64,000 nt of DNA from contig MU054323.1 of NCBI GenBank assembly GCA_013239625.1, positions 1,426,001 through 1,490,000 on the forward strand, given 5' to 3'. Position 1 is the stretch's first letter, and each line of letters opens with the position of its first letter. The notes beneath the pieces were generated by a model. The model had not been told where the DNA came from and ran no database searches. It saw only the letters and a list, made by a program, of their open reading frames with translations. This document shows, in pieces, positions 40,301 to 50,379 of this stretch. This DNA comes from Lama guanicoe. Taxonomy: Eukaryota. Made by a program: the position numbers and the translations under genes.

Positions 40301-40896
40301 GCCACACACATTGTTGTGTTCAGTCACTAGGCTGGGAGACCAAGCTTGTATAGAGAGAAAATGGAGGGTGAACGTGCCTGTAAGAAATACGCAGTGGACA
40401 CTCCTGTACAGCTGCTCTGGGGCTGGCTTTATCCAGGAAGTGGGGCTTGAACTGGGCCAAGAAGTAGACTTTTTTCAGGCTAGGATGAAGTTTGGAGGAT
40501 TATTCTGAAGAGGACAGTGGTGACTCCAACTATGAAATGAGCCAGCATCGCCCCCTTCCCACTTCTCCTTGCCTTCTTCTCTCTGCAGAGTCCCTGCGCC
40601 ATGCCTTCTACTCCATTCTTGCCATTCCCTCACCCAAACCTGCTCCCCAAATGTTTCTAATCAGTTTCTTTATACTAACCTGTCAATGACCGATTAGACT
40701 TACGGTCTGCACCATGCTAAGAGATTTATAGTTTATCAGGAAAGTCAAAGTAATAATGGTGACATTTCAAGGTCTGTAGAAGGGAACTTTATGTGCTGAA
40801 ATTCACATCACATCACACAGGTGAGCAAATGTGAGGCAAGATGCTGTCAGTCACCAGGGGTGGGAATTTGCCAAGCCTTGTCCTTCCCCCTGGGGG

Positions 40897-40940
40897 GTGT
40901 GTGTGTATGTGTGTGTGTGTGTGTGTGTGTATGTGTGTAT
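40897..40940. repeat. Interrupted (GT)n microsatellite
   Basis: Read directly from the sequence; GT dimers interrupted by AT. Confidence 0.9.
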
Positions 40941-41422
40941 ACATGTGTAAGGACTGGGGAAAGGATGGGTGTTTTGAGAGTTTTTGCCTTCTTTGACTTT
41001 GGCCTCCTTTGGGAAAAAAAATCTCTTTGCAACGTGACCCTTTGCTGGGGCTGAATCTCTCAACCCTGAGGAGGGCAGCAGAGGGTGGCCACAGAGGGTG
41101 CTTGACCCCTGTGTGATCCCTGTGGCTTGTGTGGGGGACTGCCCAGCAAGGATCTCCCCCTCTCAAGGTGTCCCAAGTATAAATTCCCCCTTCTCCCTCC
41201 ACAAACGTCCCATCACTCCTTCATCAGGGGACCCTGGGGGAAAGCTGGGTGTAAATGTAGGACCCTCAGTAAGAGTTTCTGTGGTTGGGAAAATCCAAGC
41301 AGACATTCAGCCCCACCAAACCTTACTGCATGGATCCCCCCAGATTTGCCAAAGAGATGACTCGACAGCCACTGCCAGGCCATCTCCAAAGAAGCCAGGT
41401 AAGCTGGAAGAACCTAAAGGGC

Positions 41423-42005
41423 TTTTTTTTTTTTTTTGACTTAAGGGAAACTTTATTTAGTCTTCTTCCTAAAGCAACCTAGTTTAAAAACGAGTTGAGG
41501 TTAATAGAAAAGAAAAAAGAGTCAGACAGACACACACACAGACAGGAGAGCCGGGCACCGGTCAGGACCTCCCCATCAGATTTTCTCCATCTTGGAAATG
41601 AGGTCGTCACAGATCCTGGTCAGTTCATCGTTTTCCTTAGTCTTCTGCTCCACGACCTTCTCCAGGGAGTGGACCCGCATCTGCTCCTTCCTCAGGACCG
41701 CCTGCAGCGCCAGAGCCTCCGCCTGGGCCTTGCTGCGGACCTGAGCTATCTCCTCGTTGGCCAGCTGGAGCTTCTCCTCCGCGTGGGCCTTCAGCGCCTG
41801 GTACCTCTGGCTCTCCTTCTCGATCCTCCCTATGTAGCCCTCCACACATTGCTTCAGGGACTCTTCGTTCGCACGGTAGCCTTCGATCACCTCCTTCTGT
41901 TTCTCAAATCGCTTGAAAAGATCAGAAAAAGACTTCTCCAGGGAGTGCAAGACTGCAGTAAGCTGGTCCTTTTCCTTCAGAACCTTCTGGATCTCAACTC
42001 TGGCC
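41423..42005 (-). pseudogene. TACC3: 5'-truncated processed pseudogene (retrocopy) of TACC3: C-terminal TACC coiled-coil domain, 3' UTR and poly(A)
   Basis: The minus-strand frame 42004->41579 gives [15 protein letters not shown]...[21 protein letters not shown]...[30 protein letters not shown]...[14 protein letters not shown], the TACC3 C-terminus. TGA at 41576-41578, 138-nt UTR, AATAAA (tttatt at 41452-41457 on +), A15 tail (T run 41423-41437). No introns, and no in-frame ATG upstream of the domain. Confidence 0.95.
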
Positions 42006-42044
42006 CCTAACCTCAGAGGTGTGCATTCTTCCCTTCTGTCTGCC

Positions 42045-42160
42045 TGATGGGTCTGCCCCACCCTCTTCTGATTCAGTATAAAGGAGGCGAGGTCAACATC
42101 TGTATTTTGAAAAAGTTCCAAGATGACTCCAAAATGCACCCCAAGTTACCATCGGCTTTA
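42045..42160. mobile_element. MER5-like fragment next to the TACC3 retrocopy 5' junction
   Basis: ccccaccctcttctgattcagta...atctgtattttgaaaaagttccaagatgactcc...atgcaccccaagtt. Confidence 0.55.
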
Positions 42161-44395
42161 ATATGATGCTAATTGAAGACAGATGACTCTGGCTGACAGA
42201 AAGTGGGCGTGCCCATGCTGCTGTTCATTCACCCACTGAGCAGAGTTCCCTAAGCCCTTCTCTAAACCAGGCCCCGGCTCAGTCCTCACTGCTGGTGACG
42301 CACAGATGACTAAGACACTCAGTCCTGTCTCAGGTAGCTCAGGTGACCACAGATGCCATCTCTTCCCCTCGCCTCTCAGAACCTCACCTCCTCCCCTTCC
42401 ATCCCTTCCCTCCCCAGGTCATCCCGATTCTTTGTCCTCATCCCGAAATCCACCACCCTCACTGTTTCCTCTTCCCCTCTCTCCTCTCACTTCTGGGAGC
42501 TTGGGCTGTGCCCTGCAGCTTGCTCGGCCCATGATCTGTCACAGTCCACCAGTGGCCAGGAAGGCCAACCGAAATGGGACAAGAAAGAGCATGGCCATGG
42601 ATGGTACCTGTGGCAAGAGTGACCTCTCGAATCTTCAACAGGTTATTTAATGAGTGCACAGAAAATACTGACTGAGGTAGAAGATAGGAATTGTGAAAAA
42701 AACAAAGAAATGGATAGAAAAGTGGAGTGAAATTCTTGGAAAGCGTTTGATGAGTTACACATGTCTCTATATTCCTCAGATCGTTATGGCCAAATTCAGA
42801 CAATGGCCATGGGTTGGCAAACAGAAGCAGCCTGGGCAGCCGCGTGAGCTCTGGGCTGGACATTAACAGACATTAAATAGTTCCAGCCCTACCACTGACC
42901 CCTTTGACTGCAGACCAGATGCGCCTCATCTCTGGGCCTTATCATGAAAGGTGCCAAGACCAAATTACCTCTAAGGGCTCTTCTTCCTGGGACAGGCGTC
43001 CCAGTGATTCCTTTGTGTCGACACTCTTCACTCCCGGTGATGCCCAGGTGCCCCCCCGACACACACAGAAGGCGGGGCCCCATACAGGAAGCTGCTCAAT
43101 TCTGTCCTCCACCGCCCTCCCCACCCAGAGCTGGACAGAGCTACTGGTCCATAGCTCCCTGACTCACCTTCTCACTTTCCCTCCAGTTGCCCGGAGGCCA
43201 AGGATACATCTTTCCCCCTCCAGTTATTAATTCATTCATTCATTCCACAGACACATAAGTATCACCTGTCACTGAAATGGCTCTCTGTAGGGTAATGGAG
43301 ACAACAAATCAATCAGACAAGATCCTGCCCCAAAAGAGCTCCCAGTCCTGCGGGTTGAGGGATGAACTGTTAACTCTATAAGGCAAAATGTGCTTCAACA
43401 GGGGGGTCACAAAGGTTAGGAAAGCGGAGAGGCGGGGAGCTGGGAAGCATGACGGGGAGGGGTCGTCAGAGGATACTTCGTGGAAGAGGTCCCACTAGAG
43501 CTGGGCTCTGAACTGGGGTCGAAGTCCCCCTCCCCGGGCTGTGGTGGGGAGGACATTTCACCAGGCAGTCCCTCTACAGGAGCAGCGCCCCCTGGGGTGT
43601 AGCTGAGGGCGGCAGAAGACTGAGTGGCTCTCTCACCACCTTGGCTTTTGTGGCAGCAGAGGAGGGGGCACTGAAATCGCACTTCCTGTTGTTAGACTTC
43701 CCAGCTGGGGGAAACATTGGCTTAACAACGTTCAGCAAATTACATATTCACAATGAATCCTGTTGGCAGATCCTGCCAGCCCTGAGCACCAGAGAGTGCC
43801 TCCGACAGCATCATTACCCCTCACTCTGAGTTCTGCCAGCTGTCATTTTCCCAAGAGCATTGCTTAACAGTCGGCAGGGAAGCCAGCCTGATGGGCTCCC
43901 CACGGCACTTCCTTTGGCTTTCTCGTCCTGTCCCTCTTTTCCCCCAAACCCGTGCCAGCTTGGCCCGGCCTCACTTACTCGGCTTTGGCCAGCACCCAAG
44001 GGGGCACTGGCTCTCAGGATCAGGTCCAGAGCATTTTGCCTTCCTAGCAGGACCCACCAGGACGGATCTCTGGGCGCTCACTTTGCATTATGACTCCCCA
44101 TCAAGGCCATTCAAATATTGGCATCTGGCAGCATGAAACGTGGGCAGTTACGACGGACCATCCCATGGAAAAGTACGAAACTGCTTGTTGGTGAAACAGA
44201 GGAACTGGGCGCTTTGGGGTCAGATAGAACTGGGTTCCAATTCTGACGGAGCCTGTCTCCTCGTTTGTGAAACGAGAATAATCTCACAGAGGAGTTGGGA
44301 TTAAATAAAAACGTCTAGCATAGCACCTGCATCTAGGAAGTTACCAGTACAGCTCAGTTTCTCCTTTTTTTCTTTTCAGAGAGAGGAGAGGTGTT

Positions 44396-44449
44396 TTAAC
44401 TTTTCTTATTTTGAGTTATAGTCAGTTTACAATGTTGTGTCAATTTCTG
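44396..44449 (-). mobile_element. Very short L1 3'-end insertion
   Basis: The reverse complement CAGAAATTGACACAACATTGTAAACTGACTATAACTCAAAATAAGAAAAG resembles the L1 terminus at 15255-15300. Flanking direct repeat gaggtgtt (44388-44395 / 44450-44457). Confidence 0.7.
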
Positions 44450-44886
44450 GAGGTGTTGTCTAATTTTGTTTGTGCCAAATTTATAGATTACTGAATACGT
44501 ACCAACTTCATCTTCCTTAAGCGTATCCCACAATATCCTATCTTTCCTCAAAAGCCTCCAGGGTCCATGTCGTATCATTAAATAAAAACAGCCATCCGCA
44601 AAGCACTATACAGAGAGATGTATAGCATGGTCCTATTTTCACAAAATACACACACATCTCTCTCCACATCCCTCCTTCTTCATGATGTTTCCCTTCAAGA
44701 AGTGGGGTTGGTGAGAGTGGGCCCTTCACTTCTAAAACTCTATACTTCTTTGTGGCCTGAAGGTTTCACAACATACATATGTTTCTTTTCATTTTAAACT
44801 AATTTTAAACAGCAACAACATAAGCCCTCTTATGGGTCCTTTTGCCCACTAGAAAAACTACAAATTCCATTTCCTTTCACTAGACT

Positions 44887-45247
44887 TGTGTCTCAGTTGC
44901 TTGACTGTGAGTAACCAAAACTCCAACAGATAGAGGCTTAAACAGACAGGATTTTATTTTTCTCACATAAAAGAGTTTGGAGATGAATATTCGTTTAGTA
45001 CTGGATCATGACTTCTGAATATCTCTGGGATTCTCTTGACCTTGCACTCATGGATACGAACTGACTGCTGTAGTTCCCGGCATCACATCATTATTCAGGT
45101 CTACCAGAGAGAGGGAAAGGTGCCAGCTGGTTCAGTCTCCTTTCATCAGGAAATCACAAGTTTTCCAAAAAGTGCCTCCTACCCACCCACCTTCAGCAGA
45201 CTTACTCTTCTCTTTGGCCTAAACTATATCACATGGTGATAATAACA

Positions 45248-45288
<41 letters not shown>

Positions 45289-45420
45289 GCAAGGAACAGG
45301 ATCATTGTGATTAGCTTTAGTCCAATAAGCATCCATTGCCTTGGCTCAGGCTGGGAACACTGAGGCTTTGAACAAAAGCCAACAAAAATCCAGGGAAGGG
45401 CTGGTTGGAGGTGGCTTAGA
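44887..45420 (-). mobile_element. Old ERVL-MaLR/ERVL LTR (MLT1K/L- or LTR33-like) containing a (TAA)13 tract
   Basis: gagtaaccaaaactccaac...ggcttaaacagacaggattttatttttctcacataaaagag; gctgtagttcccggcatcacatc. Confidence 0.55.
45249..45287. repeat. (TAA)13 microsatellite
   Basis: Read directly from the sequence. Confidence 0.95.
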
Positions 45421-47185
45421 CTCTGTGGAAGAGCCGGATAACCTCCTTTCTCTCTGCATTTGTCCATGTGCTAGCTACCACAGGCAGCTTACAGTCACCA
45501 AACAATCTTCAGCGTTGCACTCAAGCTGTTCTCTTGGCCTGTGACATACTCCCTTGGGAGGTCGTGGTGAAAGGAACAAGGCGCTCACATCCTGCGAACA
45601 TCATCACGGAGTGAAGCCAGCAGCCACACGCTGATTCTTGACTCCGGGCGGCCCTGCAGCCAGCTCCGTGGCTCCCGTTGGCCTCTCATGGTTAATTGAT
45701 GAACTCCAGTGTATTTATTAGGAAGTGTTAGGAAGTGGCATAGTGTCTCCTTGCCCCATCAACACTGCTCACTCCCTGGACCCTCTCTGCAACATTGTGA
45801 CAAGCCCCACAGAAGGGAAGGACAGAGTGACATCTCCAAACGCCCCGTTGCTGATGGGTGGTGCAGGGGTAGGTGGCACGAGCTGATGGAGCCGAGTGAG
45901 TTTGCTTTCTAATTGCAAACTTGGCCAGGGTGAGCTCCACGTAGATCCTGGATTACAGTTACTTGTATGTATGTCTCAACTGCCCGGTTTTACTACAGCT
46001 CCCTGAAGTCAGGAGCTGGCTGAGCGTCCTTAGAAAAGCTAATCAGGTTGGTTGGAGGAGCCTCTCCTGCTTTGTGTCACCGGGGCCCCAGAGTCCATCC
46101 TGGCTAGGCACAGGGCTTCAAAGTGTGACATGTTCCCTGAGGAATAAATAGTACAGGAAGCAAGGCCCTCGGAACTCAACAGCTGGGGGTCACCTGATGG
46201 ACAGACGTCCGGGGATTCATCCCCCATTCTCCTGTCTGATTTTCCGCGGAGTGGGACACTCCCCTGAGACAGATGGGGACTTGGAATAACACAAGGAGAG
46301 GCATCCTTTGGCACTCAGCTGTCACTTAGGGCTTCCCCAGCCCCACTGGGGAGGCTGGTTTTCAGCAACACTAAGAAATGAGCCTGACTGTTCTTCAGTT
46401 CCACTCCAGTCCCGGATTACATTTGTTGTCTCCTTGTGAACTTGATCTCTCAGTTGTTAGAATAGCTCTCCGGGGCCCTTCTGGGCAATCCCCTGTTCAT
46501 CATACCAAAGAGGAAAATGGGGCTTAGGGGGAAAGGACTTAATGAGGAGATCTTGAATCCAGGGCTCTGCCCACTGTACCTTGCAGCTTCTCATCCCTGT
46601 TCTCAAGCCAATGTCCTGGCTTCTAGAATCCATGCTATTAATTTAGAAAGAGGTAAAATGGCAGAAGGGCTCCAGCTTCGCAGTAAGATGGGCCCTGTCG
46701 TGATGAGGAACTGCCGAGCACTGGGTGGTCACTGGATTGCACAGCAGCAGAGCTGTGCTAAGGAGGCAGCGAGCAGAAGCCAAGGGATGCTGTTTCCATG
46801 GCAACTGCCTTTCATCCTCAGCTTGCCAGGTTGGGCATTCTGGAGTTGAGCGGGGCTGAATTAATGCCTTATTGCCCTGTCGTGTAATATTCTTTTCAGT
46901 TTTGAAAATGCCTTTGTCTACACCTACATGCACACGTACGCATGTGCATACACACCCCTGCACCTCTTTCCTCTACTTTTGTCCAGAGAAGGAGAAACGT
47001 GGTTCCCAGGAGCACATTTCAGGCATGGCAGCACCTTCCCAGCCCCAGACTGCATCAGTTCCAGGGGGGAGGGTTGTAGGGAGGGGAGGGGAGAATGAGG
47101 GATGTGTGAGGGGGAACAGCTATTGTCATGGTATCTAGGGGTCAAAGTTTGCTCATTGTTGTCGGTGTTCAAGGTCATCACCTAG

Positions 47186-47606
47186 TGTATCAGTCTACAA
47201 ACTGAGTGCCTGAAAACAACACAGATTTATAATCTTACAGTTCTGGAGGTCAGAAGTCTGATATGGGTTTCACTAAGTTCTGGAGGAGAATCCTCTTCCT
47301 TGGTTCTTCTACCTTCTAGGGGCTGTCTGCATTCCTTGGCTCATGGCCCCTCCTCTGTCTTCAAATCCAGAAGTGTAGCATCTTCAGATTTGTCTGCTTT
47401 TGCTTATATATTCTCACATCTCCTTCTCTGACTCTTTTAAGGACCCTTTGATTATATTAGGTTCATCTGGGTAATCCAGAAGTAATCTTCCCATCTCAAG
47501 GTCCTTCAGTTAATCATGTCCTTTTGCCATGTAAAGTAACACATTCACAAATTTCAGGATTTTGAATATAGATGTCTTTGGGGGCAGTGTTATTCTGCTT
47601 GCTACA
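47186..47606 (-). mobile_element. MaLR solo LTR, MLT1D-like
   Basis: tcttacagttctggaggtcagaagtctg...cattccttggctcatggcccc...ttttgccatgtaaagtaaca...tctttgggggc...ttattctgcttgctaCA. Confidence 0.8.
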
Positions 47607-48385
47607 TCCAGGTTCTGTGAATGGGGATTCTCAATAAGACATTGTTGTAAGAGTGATATTTCCCACATGTCGAGTACCTAATTTGGAATAAGCATGCTGC
47701 TAAACTTTTACGCATATTAGCTCATTTAATCCTCAGTAAAGCTCCACAAGGATGGTATAATTATCCTAATTTACACATGGGGAAATGGGAGGTAAGATGC
47801 TTAGTGAATCGGAGCGGTGAGTTAAAGGTAGGGAGGCAGAGGAAGGCGTGGCCCCAGGTGTCTGTGAAATGCTTTGCATTACAGCAACCCCAAATTCTCC
47901 CAGCACTTCAGACCCACTACTGTTTGTCATCATTCTCCGATGGCTAAATGAGCTCAAGCTGGGGGCAGGTGGGAGAGGTCTGTGAAGAGAACCTGACGGT
48001 CAGTGGTGAAGGAAGAGAACTAACGGTGAGCACCCACTGTGTGACTGATGGTCCTGGGCGCTCTCCCGCTGACTCCTCATGAGCCCCTGGGTGTTGCCAT
48101 CACTCCAGTTTTACAGAGTCGACAACCAAGCCCAAAAAAGGTTAAGCAACTTGCTCAAAGTAACAGAGCCATGAAGTAATAGAATTGAAACTGGATCCAG
48201 GCTTCCCTGAATGCAGGACCAGTGCCCTTTCCTTGTCTTTCATCATCTCTAACTGGTCACCCACATGGTAGTGATCTGGGCATAGCACTGAGTAAGAGGG
48301 TCTGTCTTCTCAGAATGCTAATTTTACTTGAAGACTGAAGGGTGGTTGAGTAAGTTAACTAACTGTAGGTATTATAAACATGTTT

Positions 48386-48990
48386 CCATTTTTTCAGCTT
48401 TACTGAGTTGCAGCAGATACACAAAAGTGTATGTATTTAACGTACGTTGTATTCAGTATGTGTACAATTTGATGAGTGGGGCCAGTACATACACCCATGA
48501 TACCATCACTACGATCAGGTAATAAACATATCCTTCACCTCCAAAATTCTCCTTATGTCCCTTTGCTGTATGTGTGTGTGGTTAGAACACTTAGCATGAG
48601 ATCTGCCCACCTTAACAAGTGTTTAAGTGCACAACGCCGTATCGCTAACTATGGACACTATGTGTAAGCACATCTTTAGAACTGAGTCGTCTTGTATAAC
48701 TGCAACTTTATGCTCATTAAATAACTCCCCATTGCTCCCTCCCCCATTCTCTGGCAACCAACATTCTATTTTCTGTATCTGTAAGTTTGGTGGTTTTAGA
48801 TACCTCATATCAGTGAAATCATTCAGTACTTGTCCTCTTACGACTGATTTAGCATAACGTTTTCCACATCCATCCCTGTTGCTGCATATGAAAGGATTTC
48901 TATCCTTTTTAAAGGCTGAATAATATTTCATTGTGTGTATATATCACATTATCTTCATTCATTCATTGGCCAATGACAATTTGGGATGCA
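48386..48990 (-). mobile_element. L1MA-like 3' end
   Basis: Typical antisense L1 3' UTR/ORF2 end (ttttagatacctcatatcagtgaaatcattcagtacttgtc; tttttaaaggctgaataatatttcattgtgtgtatat). The ORF track shows MKYYSAFKK on the - strand. Confidence 0.8.
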
Positions 48991-49802
48991 TGTTTCAATT
49001 TTTAAAAGGAGACACTTTTGGGAATATAATACAAATTTCACATAAATGTTAAATAAAATGTGAAACTTCAAACTCAGCCGCCCCCTAGTCTGCCGAGGCC
49101 ACAGATGCTCTCCACTCTTAAGTGTACACTGGTGGGAAATTTGAGCAGTGGACCTCGGGATGCTCAATCAGGTAGGTTTTCTCATATTCGCCTTTTTAGA
49201 AAAAGGCCCCCCCTGGGCAGGGAAATCAAGTAACCAGTTCACAAACAATATTAGAATGTCCTGTCCCAACTCCCACTGGTGCTCCTTTGATTGTACCAGC
49301 GGCATCTCCCCATTGGAAAGATGAAGGGGCTCATTCATTCACTGAGTGAAGATTTATTGGGTGTCTACTGTGAGCAGGAACTGTACTAGACACCAGGGAT
49401 TCAAAGATGAGTTAGTGTCAGTCTTAACAAAAATCAAAAAGCTGGTGCACTTCCCTACTCTTAAGAGATCCAGGGATGTTACAGGATTATTCTAGGACGT
49501 GGTTCGTACCATGCTGGAGACCTGTTCAGGGTGTGAAGAGGGCATGGAAGAGGGGCATTCAGCCCAGCTTTGAGGTCAGGCTTCCTGTATGAGCTGAGGT
49601 GTGTAGGAAAGTGCAAGAGGATAGGAAGGCTTCACAGTGGAAGCTTTCCAAGTCACAGAGGCGAGAAGCTACAGGTCAAACATAATGGGATACACTAGGA
49701 TGTACACACGTATATTTTGCTAGAGCAGAAAGTGTTGATCAGGCAGGGAAGGCACCACTGAATGGGATAAGGCCTGGAGAGGTGAATAGGCCCCCTTTTT
49801 AA

Positions 49803-49962
49803 AATTTTATACTTTATAGAAGTGGAGTTGATTTACAGTGTCAGTTTCAGGTGTACAGCAAAGAGATTCAGTTATACATACACATACATATTTTGTTTCA
49901 GATTTTTTTCCATTATAGCTTATTACAAGAAATTAAAGATAGTTCCCTGTGCTATACAGTAG
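49803..49962 (-). mobile_element. 5'-truncated L1 3' end (artiodactyl type)
   Basis: L1 3' UTR motifs (gttgatttacagtg, ggtgtacagca, atagttccctgtgctatacagtagg). TSD gaataggcccc(c)tttttaa at 49784-49802 and 49963-49980, with an L1-endonuclease-like TT/AAAAA site on the - strand. Confidence 0.85.
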
Positions 49963-50379
49963 GAATAGGCCCCTTTTTAAGTGGTTGGTTTGGCAGCAGT
50001 GGCAGAAAGGGACAGGCTAGAGGTAACAAGGCCAGGAGACACCCACCAGGTGACCCAGGTGGAGGTGGGCGGGGCCTCCTCCCTGGGGGACGATAGCTGA
50101 GCTCCCAGGGGACCGCTCTGCATAGGTACGTAGCTTTTCAGGATGGAGGACTGTTGCTGGCTTTGGCCTGGGATCCCTCACCCACAGATAAGGCCTATAA
50201 TTAAAACCAAGGGACCATCAGAAGAATGTAGTCATCTCTGCTCGCCTGGGAAGGTGGGTGGTAGGTGAGCAATGTGCTAGTCACGATAATATCTTCTGAG
50301 AAAAAGATTTTTACACCCACCGTTGTCTTTTATCCAATGACATTACAAATAGATTCCAAGCCTCAGAAATCAAAAAGGC

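Noticed and set aside
41495..42010. 171-aa + strand ORF and the 70-aa alternative - frame
   Set aside because: These are antisense and off-frame shadows of the TACC3 coding sequence.
42005..42139. N-terminal 45 aa of the 187-aa ORF as part of a real TACC gene
   Set aside because: No TACC3 similarity, it derives from flanking/MER5-like DNA, and the start codon is GTG.
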